From a virus (Duplodnaviria > Caudoviricetes): 64,000 bases of DNA. Positions 49,322 to 58,928 of the stretch are shown here, piece by piece (the stretch's first letter is position 1; every line of letters starts with the position of its first letter). A program made the translations under genes and the position numbers. The notes below the pieces were generated by a model. That model made no database searches. It worked only from the letters and a program-made list of their open reading frames with translations, and had not been told where the DNA came from. Location of the stretch: the IMG/VR virus record IMGVR_UViG_3300021255_000040, positions 32,001 to 96,000 of that record, one strand, 5' to 3'.

Positions 49322-49882
49322 ATGAAACAGGAAGAAACCATAGAATTAACTATCTCTGATTTCCCTCAAGACGTTACACCTCAACAAGACAAGAAAAACT
49401 ATTATAATCCTGTCAATGAATACACTATGGAGGGTGTATATGTCAAGACTTACAAGAGTCCTACAGCTGCTGCTAGAGCATTAGGTATAAGTTCAGCTAC
49501 AGTCAAAAGCTGTTGTAGAGGCAGTGTTCTCTATACCGTCAAGTATGACAGGATATTCCTTTATAAAGGTGCTAGCATTAAGCAGAGACTAAAGGCTATC
49601 ATGGAAGCTGAAAACAACAGAATAAGACCTATTGCCTTTACTATTGATGTCTATACCAAGAAGGGAAAGCTCATCACTACCTGCCCAAGTATTGTTAAAG
49701 CTCATGACAAATACGGTATAGCTATAGCAAACATCAGGAAGTGTTGTACAGGAGAAAGATTGTTCATCAAGGATAAAATCTTCCTGTTCATGGGTAGTGA
49801 CATCAAAGAGAGACTAAAGCTTATCAAGCAGAAAGAAGAGCTTGATGCTGCAATTGAAAAAGAAATTTTAAAACAAGGTTAA
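49322..49882 (+). CDS. tandem NUMOD1 HTH protein without nuclease domain
   Basis: YKSPTAAARALGI...CCRG and PSIVKAHDKYGI...CCTG. Confidence 0.7.
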   Translation: MKQEETIELTISDFPQDVTPQQDKKNYYNPVNEYTMEGVYVKTYKSPTAAARALGISSATVKSCCRGSVLYTVKYDRIFLYKGASIKQRLKAIMEAENNRIRPIAFTIDVYTKKGKLITTCPSIVKAHDKYGIAIANIRKCCTGERLFIKDKIFLFMGSDIKERLKLIKQKEELDAAIEKEILKQG

Positions 49883-49884
49883 CT

Positions 49885-50358
49885 ATGACAGAAAAACGAG
49901 TTGAACATAAGACTTATGAAACTTTCTATGTAGCAATAGATGGTACAGAGTTTAGAGATAAAGCAGAGTGTGAGAAATATGAGCAGACAGCTCATGCAGT
50001 AGTAAGACAGAAGTTCCTGAAGTTGGTAATTGCTGATAAGACAGAGTATGACTTTTTCCATGTAGGTAGTGATGACACTACAGTCTATGCTGTGAAAATG
50101 GACTCTCAGGAAGAGGCAGACACAGTGCTTCAGCTTTATTTCTTGGATAATCCCTATGCCCTGCGTGATGAAGAAAATCCTAAAAAGTATAAGGAGGAAG
50201 CACTTAATATGGTGAACACTGCTTATCAGGAGCAGGATATTCTTTTCGTTGGTGAGAACTATGAGGGAGAAATCTTCCTGATTAACACTCGTGCTAATAT
50301 CATTGAGGATTTGCAGATGATTGACCAACCCAAACAAGAGGAGAAAAAAGATGCATGA
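49885..50358 (+). CDS. hypothetical protein
   Basis: YVAIDGTEF...ECEKYE. Confidence 0.7.
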   Translation: MTEKRVEHKTYETFYVAIDGTEFRDKAECEKYEQTAHAVVRQKFLKLVIADKTEYDFFHVGSDDTTVYAVKMDSQEEADTVLQLYFLDNPYALRDEENPKKYKEEALNMVNTAYQEQDILFVGENYEGEIFLINTRANIIEDLQMIDQPKQEEKKDA

Positions 50359-50794
50359 AAGTGGATATTACCCTCCAGGTGCAGAGTTTGATCCAAACGC
50401 ACCTTATAACCAATCAGATATACCAGAAGAAGAGTTTGAAGTAACCTGTTCTCAGAGTCTTAGCAGGACTGCCTCAGTATGGACTAATAACTATATTCCA
50501 GGAGCTTCTGGTGTAGATTATGAGCCTGACGATGAAGGAGGATGCTATGCTGTAGGCTGGCATGATGATCCTGATACCTCTGATACTAATTGGGCAGAAG
50601 AGTACCATGATAATGACCACTATACTCCTATTCAACTAATTGGACTGTATAAAGAAACTCTTAAAGAGCAACTTAAAAGTTGGGAAGGTATGGATGAAAT
50701 TCCTAGTGCTAAAGCTCAAATTAGAAGAATAGAGCATCTAATCGAGGAGTGTGAAGGCTGGACAGAAGACGAAACTGAATATGTGGAGAATTAA
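50351..50794 (+). CDS. acidic hypothetical protein
   Basis: YYPPGAEFDPNAPYNQ. Confidence 0.7.
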   Translation: MHESGYYPPGAEFDPNAPYNQSDIPEEEFEVTCSQSLSRTASVWTNNYIPGASGVDYEPDDEGGCYAVGWHDDPDTSDTNWAEEYHDNDHYTPIQLIGLYKETLKEQLKSWEGMDEIPSAKAQIRRIEHLIEECEGWTEDETEYVEN

Positions 50795-50797
50795 GCT

Positions 50798-51055
50798 ATG
50801 ATGACTGTAATTATGTGTATAATGGCTATCTTAGCTGTCTTTGTTGTTTTTCTGTTTGTTAATATATTGATAGGATGGGTGCATTTCAAATACTTTAGAA
50901 AATGCCCCTACTGCCATAAGAGGATGCACTATCAGTACAAAAGATTAGATAGGGACGGTGACACTGAATGTTATGTCTTTCATTGTCCTCATTGTGGGGC
51001 TTTTGAAAATGTCACACCAATAGAAATGTTAAGAGAAGAGTATGATACTAAATGA
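50798..51055 (+). CDS. membrane-anchored Zn-ribbon protein
   Basis: N-terminal TM helix; CPYC...CPHC. Confidence 0.65.
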   Translation: MMTVIMCIMAILAVFVVFLFVNILIGWVHFKYFRKCPYCHKRMHYQYKRLDRDGDTECYVFHCPHCGAFENVTPIEMLREEYDTK

Positions 51056-51473
51056 GAGAGGAATTCTCAAGGAGTTTGATCTGGTCATCTATCCTGTGCA
51101 GCTTGTGTTTGCTTTGGGGGACTTTGAGAAGGAGATTAATCAGAGGTATAAACCCTATGATGAACACTTTAACTACATTGGCTTTCCTAAGAACAATCCT
51201 GCTGCTACATTTAATATAAAGGTAAAGAAGACTGGTGATGTGGCCTGTATGATATGGATTCCTAATACTAATGAGGTGAAAGGTTCCTACATCTCTCATG
51301 AAGCAGACCATGTAGCCTTGGAGATATTCAAGTACATTGGTGCTCATATAGACTATGATGACCAAGAGCCTTTCTGCTATCTGCAAGGAGCCATCTTCAG
51401 ACTCTGTAACAATGCCTTCTATCACTGGAAGGACTTCTGTGACAAGAAAAGTAAAACAACTAAAAAGAAATAG
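51042..51473 (+). CDS. HEXXH putative metallopeptidase
   Basis: ISHEADH...EPFCYL. Confidence 0.65.
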   Translation: MILNERGILKEFDLVIYPVQLVFALGDFEKEINQRYKPYDEHFNYIGFPKNNPAATFNIKVKKTGDVACMIWIPNTNEVKGSYISHEADHVALEIFKYIGAHIDYDDQEPFCYLQGAIFRLCNNAFYHWKDFCDKKSKTTKKK

Positions 51474-51475
51474 CT

Positions 51476-51823
51476 ATGTATTTAAAAGACGGACGTGAGA
51501 TTATTGAGAGTGACAAGTATCCTGGTTACTTCATTGACCAGTCAAATGGTGCTTGGTGTGATGAAGAAGGTAACTATGTAGGAGGCATTGCTGATGATGG
51601 TGATGCCCCAGGCAAGGGACACAGCATGATACTGGATGTCCCTGACATTGTGTTTATCAGCAAGACTGGCAAGCAGTATTATCCCAAACCCAACAAGACT
51701 GCCACTACTCCCATTGACAAGGACAAGGCAGACCAGAAGGGCTACAAGCCATCAGCAGGCTACTGCAAGTTTGTGGAGAAACTCTACAAGAAACACATGA
51801 AGGCTATGAACAAAAAGAAGTGA
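51476..51823 (+). CDS. hypothetical protein (Ada metal-binding-like tail lacking the Cys ligands)
   Basis: VFISKTGKQYY...A..KGYKP. Confidence 0.6.
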   Translation: MYLKDGREIIESDKYPGYFIDQSNGAWCDEEGNYVGGIADDGDAPGKGHSMILDVPDIVFISKTGKQYYPKPNKTATTPIDKDKADQKGYKPSAGYCKFVEKLYKKHMKAMNKKK

Positions 51824-52170
51824 ATCCTATGAGTGACATCCTAGAAGACCAAAAGATACACTACATAGTTAAGGACTATCGTAGGATGTACAATCAGCAT
51901 GGAGAACTTGTCAAGGAGCTGAAGAGGCTACAGGATGAAGCACTCCATAAGGACAATAGGATTAGAGACTTGGAGCGTCAGGTGGAGAATTTGAAGAATC
52001 AAACTCCTCCTGAGCCTCCAGCTCCAAAGATTCCTAAGGATGTTAAGAGGCTGCTCAGTGAGACACAAGTCACCATTGATGCTTCTATGCATAAACTTGA
52101 GAAAAGAATTGCTGCTTTGACCACAGCCAGTGAAAACATAGCAACAGTCAAAGAACTACTAAATCAATAA
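51820..52170 (+). CDS. coiled-coil hypothetical protein
   Basis: 116-aa ORF. Confidence 0.65.
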   Translation: MNPMSDILEDQKIHYIVKDYRRMYNQHGELVKELKRLQDEALHKDNRIRDLERQVENLKNQTPPEPPAPKIPKDVKRLLSETQVTIDASMHKLEKRIAALTTASENIATVKELLNQ

Positions 52171-52186
52171 CATTTTAATTCATAAC

Positions 52187-53254
52187 ATGACACCAGTACA
52201 AATAGCTTACTTTAAGCATTTCCTGTATGATGCAGGACTGAATAAGATGTATGTCTATAGGTATAGGCATTACCGTCTTAAAGATGAAGGAGATATGCCT
52301 GGCAATCCTGAGAGCCTAGAGAAATTCTTCCTTGATATTCCTTACCATAAGGCATTAACGAAAGCTTTTTATATGCAGCCAGGTTCTATGTATGGTATTG
52401 ACTTCTGGAAAGAACAGGAGAAAAAATGGAAGAAATACTGGGAAATACATGAGGATAATATTAACAACTCTAACTACATCAATCTCAAACAATCTTTTTC
52501 TATCCTCCGTCAGAATTGGGATAAGCCTCAGTTCTGGAAGTCAGAGAACCTTGACTCTCCTGAAGAGACTTATAAGCGTATGGGCATTGAGCCTCCTATT
52601 CCTCTTGACTCTGCTTCCACTTTATGTAAGTTCAAGGTAGGTGACATTATCCAGAGTCATATTTCTGATGAGGTACAGACTATCACTGCCATTATTGCTG
52701 AAGGCTATGAGCTGGAAGATGGTGGCATTGTAGAGTTTGACAAGGAGAAATACTGGATGAAGATTGGTGAGAAGCCTGATGCCATAGATGAAGAGAAGGA
52801 GACTCTGCCAAATGCTGATGATTTCTCAGGAGTACCAGAGTATGATGATGACTTGGAGTTCTTTGAGGTCAGCTCTGGTAGCAGAAGCAAGAGCACTCGC
52901 TTGAAGGCTAACCAAGCCAGTCTTAACTTCCGTAGCAACAGTAACAAGCTTTCCTTCAATCAGGAGGCTACCAAGAAGATTAAGAAGAATGGCTATAAAT
53001 ATGTCCGCTTGGCTAAGAACAAGCAGGGAGATATTGTAGTTCAGCTTCATAAGCAAGAACTGCCAATACCTAATCCTGTTAATATATGTTTCAGCACCAA
53101 CAGTGATGGCAGGACAGTCAATGCCTGCATCAACAGTAAAGACCTATGTGGTAAACTGAAGACTCTGCTTAATCTCTCAGGTGACTACTTTGTCCTGAAG
53201 ATAGAAGAACTCTATATGGATTATGAAAAGGCAAACTATAAAATCAGCAAGTAA
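52187..53254 (+). CDS. multidomain hypothetical protein
   Basis: 355-aa ORF with KFKVGD module and acidic linker. Confidence 0.75.
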   Translation: MTPVQIAYFKHFLYDAGLNKMYVYRYRHYRLKDEGDMPGNPESLEKFFLDIPYHKALTKAFYMQPGSMYGIDFWKEQEKKWKKYWEIHEDNINNSNYINLKQSFSILRQNWDKPQFWKSENLDSPEETYKRMGIEPPIPLDSASTLCKFKVGDIIQSHISDEVQTITAIIAEGYELEDGGIVEFDKEKYWMKIGEKPDAIDEEKETLPNADDFSGVPEYDDDLEFFEVSSGSRSKSTRLKANQASLNFRSNSNKLSFNQEATKKIKKNGYKYVRLAKNKQGDIVVQLHKQELPIPNPVNICFSTNSDGRTVNACINSKDLCGKLKTLLNLSGDYFVLKIEELYMDYEKANYKISK

Positions 53255-53417
53255 TGGAGAAATTAGCTATTATGGACTACATCAACCATGAGGTTCACTT
53301 GTTTGATGTAGATACTGACCGCAGAATAGAGCTTAGTGAACTTGGCTTCAGAGACTCTGACTGCCATTATATGTTTGGAGAGGATATTAAAGTTGTTGAA
53401 CATAAAGAAGTGATAAA

Positions 53418-54323
53418 ATGAAACTGATACAACCAAAAGCAGAACTGCTTCCTTGGACTCCTGGAGTTGAAGGAGTATATAAAATGATAGAGTTAGCAGG
53501 CAGAACTTGCTACAAGTCCACAGATAAGATTACTGAGGATAGTGCTAAACCTTTTGTAGATAGGATGATTGCAAGTCATCATACTGCAATGCTGGAGCAT
53601 GGGACAGTGTATCTCTATGACAAAGATTGGAATGGCAGTCCTCTTGAGAAATATAAGAGAAACAAGTATTCTAAATATAGTGACAATTATCTTGAGAAGG
53701 AGGTTTGTCAAGGTGATACAGATTACCTGTATGAGTACTTTGTTACTACTAATCTAAGAGTTCTTGTTGAGAACAATTGGTTGGATGACCTTAAGTATGT
53801 ATGTGACCCGACAGAATTTCACGAAATGAGATATTCCTTCAAACTGACAACATCTATTGGAGTAACTAGAGAGCTTAATAGACATAGAGTAAATTCAATT
53901 GCAGAGCAGAGCACAAGATACTGCAATTACTCAAAGGATAAGTTTGGTAATGAGGTTAAATTTTGTATTCCTGAGTGGTGCCACTCTCTACAAGAGGATG
54001 TATTGAGCTATTCTCCTTTTGAAATTACATCTGAAGAAGCCATGTTTATGGATTCTATCTTTAGAGCAGAAAAGGGTTATATGTCTTTGCTTGATAAGGG
54101 TTGGTCTCCACAGCAAGCAAGAGAAACCTTACCTCTCTGTACAGCAACCGAGATAGTTCATACTGCATTTGCCTCTAACTGGAGACACTTCTTTGACCTT
54201 AGACTCTTTGGTAAAACAGGTGCTCCCCATCCTAACATGTTGCAGCTTGCCACTCTCATGAAGGAGGAAGCAGAGAAGCAAGGCATCTGGAATGACATTA
54301 TGAGTAAACCCTCAAAGTTTTAG
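53418..54323 (+). CDS. thyX: FAD-dependent thymidylate synthase
   Basis: AGRTCY, H.AMLEH, RELNRHR..S..EQSTRY, ARETLP, AHP-like PHP. Confidence 0.93.
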   Translation: MKLIQPKAELLPWTPGVEGVYKMIELAGRTCYKSTDKITEDSAKPFVDRMIASHHTAMLEHGTVYLYDKDWNGSPLEKYKRNKYSKYSDNYLEKEVCQGDTDYLYEYFVTTNLRVLVENNWLDDLKYVCDPTEFHEMRYSFKLTTSIGVTRELNRHRVNSIAEQSTRYCNYSKDKFGNEVKFCIPEWCHSLQEDVLSYSPFEITSEEAMFMDSIFRAEKGYMSLLDKGWSPQQARETLPLCTATEIVHTAFASNWRHFFDLRLFGKTGAPHPNMLQLATLMKEEAEKQGIWNDIMSKPSKF

Positions 54324-54327
54324 TAAT

Positions 54328-54936
54328 ATGGGAACTAATTATTATGCACGTATTCTTCCTACAAAGGAAAGAAAGAAGGAGCTTCATGATGCCATTGAAA
54401 CCAATGACTTTCCTTTGGTTAAGAAACTATCTGATGAACTATATGGCAGAATAGAACTTGACTATGACACTCATGAGATTGTGGGAGGAGAAGTTCATTT
54501 AGGTAAACTCTCTCACGGCTGGAAGTTCTTGTGGAATCCTAATGTCTTTGTAATAAGGCAAGGACACTTAGAGGATGGGCCTACAGGTAGAAGATATGTA
54601 TTAGACCCAAGTATCCCAAAGTATCTCTATCCTCTCACTAAAGAAGGTATCAGGAAGTTCATTGACAGAGAAGATGTGATGGTTATTGATGAATATGGTG
54701 AGGAACAGGATAAGGAAGAGTTCTGGAAAGATGCTCTTGAATGGGGACAGTCTGATGGATGGGATGCTGCTAGTTATGAAGAATATGAAAGAAAACACAG
54801 TAACTATACCCAGTATCCTGTCACAGGAGAACTTACAGACCTACTCAAGCAGGAAGGCTACAAGTTCACTTCTCGCAGTAACTCAGACTTCTATTCAGAT
54901 GGTTTAAGATTCGCAGGATTTACAGATTTTAGTTAA
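54328..54936 (+). CDS. conserved phage hypothetical protein
   Basis: MGTNYY...HLGK.S.GWKF...IDEYGE. Confidence 0.75.
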   Translation: MGTNYYARILPTKERKKELHDAIETNDFPLVKKLSDELYGRIELDYDTHEIVGGEVHLGKLSHGWKFLWNPNVFVIRQGHLEDGPTGRRYVLDPSIPKYLYPLTKEGIRKFIDREDVMVIDEYGEEQDKEEFWKDALEWGQSDGWDAASYEEYERKHSNYTQYPVTGELTDLLKQEGYKFTSRSNSDFYSDGLRFAGFTDFS

Positions 54937-54938
54937 AT

Positions 54939-55310
54939 ATGAATACCAGTAGCATTATGCGTGGAGACTGGCTCTTCTACAAGGGAAGGTTCAATGCCTT
55001 CCCTTTCAAAGTAGAGCAAATCACTAAGAAAAAGATAGGCTATCATGTATTGCCTAATGAAAACAGAATGTACTATCTCAGACCTAATGAGGTGTTTCCT
55101 ATCCCTTTGACTGAAGAGATTCTAACTAGAAATTTCCCAAATCATAAGGAGATTGTTTGGTTCCCTCTTGATACAAAACCTGGGTATTTCAACATTTATT
55201 GGGAGCATCCTTCCTTTGGCGATGGAGAACTCAGACTGAACATCCAATATGTGCATGAGTTGCAGCATATCCTCAAGCTATGTAATATTAATAAGGAGAT
55301 TGAACTGTGA
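54939..55310 (+). CDS. hypothetical protein, paralogue of 14756..15172
   Basis: GDW...PIPLTEEIL...YVHELQH. Confidence 0.7.
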   Translation: MNTSSIMRGDWLFYKGRFNAFPFKVEQITKKKIGYHVLPNENRMYYLRPNEVFPIPLTEEILTRNFPNHKEIVWFPLDTKPGYFNIYWEHPSFGDGELRLNIQYVHELQHILKLCNINKEIEL

Positions 55311-55390
55311 CTTATGGGATTAGCATTTGCAAGGAAATTAAAGCAACATTGGACTAGTAAGCATGGTATAATGGTTAAATAATAAATTAT

Positions 55391-55978
55391 ATGGAGCAAC
55401 AAGAAATATGGAAAGATATTGAAGGCTATGAAGGTTTGTATCAAGTAAGTAATCTTGGTAGACTAAGAGGCTTAGACCGATTAGATAGTAGAGGACATAA
55501 GGTAACTGGTACTATTTTAAAGTTACATTACAACAAGGATGGTTACTATATAATAACTTTGGGTAAAGACACTATCCAAAAGGCATATCAGGTACATCGC
55601 ATTGTTGCAAAAACATTTATTCCCAATCCTGATAACCTGCATACTGTTGATCATATCAACGGTGTTAGGGATGATAACAGGATTGAGAATCTTCGATGGT
55701 GTACAATACAGCAGAACAATTCATTCCTACAAGCTAGAACTAATGTTTCTAATGCACAGAAGAGAAGATTCATGGATCCTGTTGCAAGGCAAAAAGTAGG
55801 TAATCGTACTAAAGCCATAGACCAAATTTCTGAAAATGGCACTATACTTAAACATTACAATAGTATCAAAGAGGCTGTGCAGGAACTTCATATAACCTCT
55901 TCTAACATCTCTGCTTGTTGTAAAGGTAGATATAAGCAAATCAGAGGCTACAGATTTAAGTATGCCAATGGCATATAG
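55391..55978 (+). CDS. NUMOD4-HNH-NUMOD1 homing endonuclease
   Basis: EIWKDIEGYEGLYQVSNLGR; HRIVAKTF; VDHINGVRDDNRIENLRW. Confidence 0.92.
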   Translation: MEQQEIWKDIEGYEGLYQVSNLGRLRGLDRLDSRGHKVTGTILKLHYNKDGYYIITLGKDTIQKAYQVHRIVAKTFIPNPDNLHTVDHINGVRDDNRIENLRWCTIQQNNSFLQARTNVSNAQKRRFMDPVARQKVGNRTKAIDQISENGTILKHYNSIKEAVQELHITSSNISACCKGRYKQIRGYRFKYANGI

Positions 55979-56006
55979 GACATAGTAAACCTAAAAAGAA
56001 GAAGAA

Positions 56007-56261
56007 ATGAAAGTAAAAGTAGAAACATACAAACTAGTCTGTGACAGCTGTGGTGAGACCTTTGAGAATGGTAACGGCTTTACTTGCTATACAGATGATC
56101 CTGATGGCTCTCTGATATGGGGAGATGCCAGTGCCTCTAATTGGCTTAAGGTAGGAGACAAGCACTATTGCTCTGACTGTTGGAACTGGGATGATGATGA
56201 CAACATCATAACTAAGGATGGAAAAAAGTTTAATGGTGAAACTTATGAAGAAATAGTATGA
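56007..56261 (+). CDS. Zn-finger protein
   Basis: CDSC...W...HYCSDC. Confidence 0.7.
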   Translation: MKVKVETYKLVCDSCGETFENGNGFTCYTDDPDGSLIWGDASASNWLKVGDKHYCSDCWNWDDDDNIITKDGKKFNGETYEEIV

Positions 56262-56614
56262 GTAAAAATATAACCCTATCCCCTAAACATGGGGTAAATC
56301 CCTCAGTAACTCACTGCGAGTGCTGTGGAAAAGAGATTGGTCTGGCCTTATTTGGCAGACTCAAAGGAGATGTAGAAGCTCCTAGAGATGTAGCAATGGG
56401 ACTCTGTGATGACTGCAAGAAGGTCATTGATGCCCAAGGCTTAATGATTATTGAAGTCAGAGATGGAGAGTCTGGAAAGAATCCCTATCGCACTGGCAGA
56501 CTTGTAGGTATCACCAAAGATGCCAAGGAGAGAATGTTCAAGGACATTGACTCTCCTATTTGCTATATGGAACAATCTATGTTTAGTCCTATGTTTGGAG
56601 ACTATTGTAAGTAG
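56258..56614 (+). CDS. Zn-finger protein
   Basis: KHGVNP...CECCG...CDDC. Confidence 0.7.
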   Translation: MSKNITLSPKHGVNPSVTHCECCGKEIGLALFGRLKGDVEAPRDVAMGLCDDCKKVIDAQGLMIIEVRDGESGKNPYRTGRLVGITKDAKERMFKDIDSPICYMEQSMFSPMFGDYCK

Positions 56615-56616
56615 CA

Positions 56617-57114
56617 ATGATAGAACTAAATTCTAAAATTCAACAGGACTTCCTTAATAGGGAGTGGGTTCAGAAACTCTTAGATGCTGAAGTGGATATG
56701 TCTGATGCTAAGTACTGTATTGCTAAATATCATAATTATGATGTAGTATTTTACAAAAATAGTATATTTACTACCAGTGAAACAGTTACTAACATTATTC
56801 CAACCTACACAGTCTCAGAACTGTTGTATAAGCTGCATGAATGGAGATATCCTACCATTGATGGCAAAGAGTACTCTGGTGGTCTTAAAATGATAAAAGA
56901 TGCTCCCTTTTATATCTGCTGGTATGACTTAGGCAGAAATGAGAAAAGGCAGACAGTAGATGGAGAAGAGACTGTAAGAGTTAAAGGCCCAGAGAATTAC
57001 ATCTATGCAGAATTTGAGTATCCTATTGAATCTTTTGCTTCTCTCTTGATCCAATGTCATAAGAAAGACATTGGCATTAAAACAAAAGATACAGGAAACA
57101 TAAGTGATAAGTAA
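56617..57114 (+). CDS. hypothetical protein
   Basis: 165 aa; IPTYTVSELL. Confidence 0.7.
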   Translation: MIELNSKIQQDFLNREWVQKLLDAEVDMSDAKYCIAKYHNYDVVFYKNSIFTTSETVTNIIPTYTVSELLYKLHEWRYPTIDGKEYSGGLKMIKDAPFYICWYDLGRNEKRQTVDGEETVRVKGPENYIYAEFEYPIESFASLLIQCHKKDIGIKTKDTGNISDK

Positions 57115-57115
57115 T

Positions 57116-57319
57116 ATGAAATACAAGTTTAAAGCGAAAGACCTGAAGACTGGAGAGCTGGTTGAAGGTGATTTAGTTTATGCAAAACAGGTCTATTATG
57201 GTAAACCTGTGGTTGTTAAGCCTATGATTGTTGAGTTTAATATTCATGGAGGTATTATGTGGACTAGACAAAGACATTTCATTGATGAAAGTACAATTGA
57301 ACTAATAAAAGAAGAATAA
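57116..57319 (+). CDS. YopX-like N-terminal domain protein
   Basis: KFKAK...GE.VEGDL...IDESTI. Confidence 0.55.
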   Translation: MKYKFKAKDLKTGELVEGDLVYAKQVYYGKPVVVKPMIVEFNIHGGIMWTRQRHFIDESTIELIKEE

Positions 57320-57466
57320 TATGACAGAACAAGATGTAAGAAAACAAATGGAAGAAGGTTTTGCTAAAGTTCAGCCTAAAGTTGCTGAAATGACAAATAC
57401 CCTTATGGACTGTTATCAATTAGGATTTAAGACGTGCTGGAAACTACTAACAGGACAAGATTGGGT

Positions 57467-57721
57467 ATGACAGCTAAAGATTATATTGATAATAAATCTA
57501 TTCATGTAGATAGAAGTTCTATCTTTGAGCTAAAATTTGGAGAATATATTCCAAGTGATAAGGCCTATAAAGCTGTAGATATAGCAAAGAATGAGTTTGC
57601 TGAAAGTATTATTAGAATGATTAATAACTATCAAGAGCAAAATACCAAAGGAAATATAACAGAGTATGTGAAATCCTATTGTGAAGGATATTGTGAAGGT
57701 ATAATTAATTTTATTCAATAA
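57467..57721 (+). CDS. hypothetical protein
   Basis: 84-aa ORF. Confidence 0.55.
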   Translation: MTAKDYIDNKSIHVDRSSIFELKFGEYIPSDKAYKAVDIAKNEFAESIIRMINNYQEQNTKGNITEYVKSYCEGYCEGIINFIQ

Positions 57722-57733
57722 AACATTAACATT

Positions 57734-58021
57734 ATGTATACAGTAACAGTACATCACCATGATAAAGATTGGAGAAATGGTGATTTAGAAGATAAGTTTG
57801 AGTTAATTGACAGCAGGAACTTCAAGACCATGAAGGATGCTAAGATATGGATAGTCAAGGAGCTTTCAAGAAGGTCTGGTACTACCCGTACTGAATGGCA
57901 CAAAGGCGACAGACCCTCTTATGGCTTCTGCTTCACAGGAGTAACATGGCAACATGAGAACTCTGGTGAGCAGATGGAAGAATATTATCAGTACACATTA
58001 AGGAAAGGTAAACTGAATTGA
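57734..58021 (+). CDS. hypothetical protein
   Basis: 95-aa ORF. Confidence 0.65.
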   Translation: MYTVTVHHHDKDWRNGDLEDKFELIDSRNFKTMKDAKIWIVKELSRRSGTTRTEWHKGDRPSYGFCFTGVTWQHENSGEQMEEYYQYTLRKGKLN

Positions 58022-58022
58022 T

Positions 58023-58211
58023 ATGCCACAATATTGTCATGATTATCTTCATTGCAGTCAAAAAGATTGTAAGAAAAAGGATGCTTGTTGGAGATACTGG
58101 TTAGGTCAGGAGATTAAAAATACTGAGTACCAGTATGCTTCTTTCTATATGCCTCAAAATAAAGAGGATATTGATAATTGCAGGTATTATGAACCATTAA
58201 ATGAACATTGA
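58023..58211 (+). CDS. small Cys-rich protein
   Basis: HC...C.KK..CWRY. Confidence 0.6.
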   Translation: MPQYCHDYLHCSQKDCKKKDACWRYWLGQEIKNTEYQYASFYMPQNKEDIDNCRYYEPLNEH

Positions 58212-58213
58212 CT

Positions 58214-58780
58214 ATGGCAAATATGGCAAGTGTGGCTTATGCCATTGAAGGGCCACAAAAGAACTTAGAAGAAATCCTTAGAGCTATTTGTCTGGCAATG
58301 ACAGATAAAGAGCACTGGACTGAGTATAAAGCTTGTGAACATCTTGGATTCACTGAGCAGGAACTTGATGGTAAGAGACTTGGAGGTGAGATAGAGGATG
58401 AACCTACTTTTGATAATGGAGTCTTGAGATTCTATGCTGAAGAAAAATGGGGTTTACAGGACTTTGAAGAGCTGCTGAGACAGAAGTTCCCTGACATCAA
58501 GGTCTATTGGACTGTTGAGGAGTGTGGCTGTGAGGTCTATTGCACCAATGATAAGGAAGGTAAGTACTTTCGTGAAAGATACTGGGTAGATACTGCACAG
58601 GATGATATTTATCAGTCAGAGTACTTCATCACAGAGGAAGCTATGTGGAAGTGGCTCAGTGAAAAGTATGGAGTCAAGTCAAAGGAAGAAGTAGAAGCTT
58701 GGAACCAAGACTATGAAGCTACAGGTGATGAGTGTGAGAACTTCATCTATATTCATGAGTTTGATGTAGTGGAGGACTAG
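58214..58780 (+). CDS. acidic conserved phage protein
   Basis: MAN...EKW...VYW..EE.GC.VY.TND.EG.YF. Confidence 0.7.
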   Translation: MANMASVAYAIEGPQKNLEEILRAICLAMTDKEHWTEYKACEHLGFTEQELDGKRLGGEIEDEPTFDNGVLRFYAEEKWGLQDFEELLRQKFPDIKVYWTVEECGCEVYCTNDKEGKYFRERYWVDTAQDDIYQSEYFITEEAMWKWLSEKYGVKSKEEVEAWNQDYEATGDECENFIYIHEFDVVED

Positions 58781-58786
58781 ATAATA

Positions 58787-58821
58787 GGAAGGGAATAGTA
58801 ATAGCTATTCCCTTTCTTTTT
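58787..58821 (+). terminator. intrinsic terminator ending the replication block
   Basis: GGAAGGGAATAG-TAATAG-CTATTCCCTTTC then a T run. Confidence 0.8.
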
Positions 58822-58892
58822 GAATACTTACAAAAATTATAAGTCATATAAAGACTTTAATTAAACAAACCCTTTAGATAATAAGAATAGAT

Positions 58893-58900
58893 TACCTTTG
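58893..58900 (+). promoter_or_regulatory. Bacteroidota -7 element of the giant gene
   Basis: TACCTTTG(C). Confidence 0.7.
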
Positions 58901-58928
58901 CCACAAAATCAAATTAAACGTTTAATTT

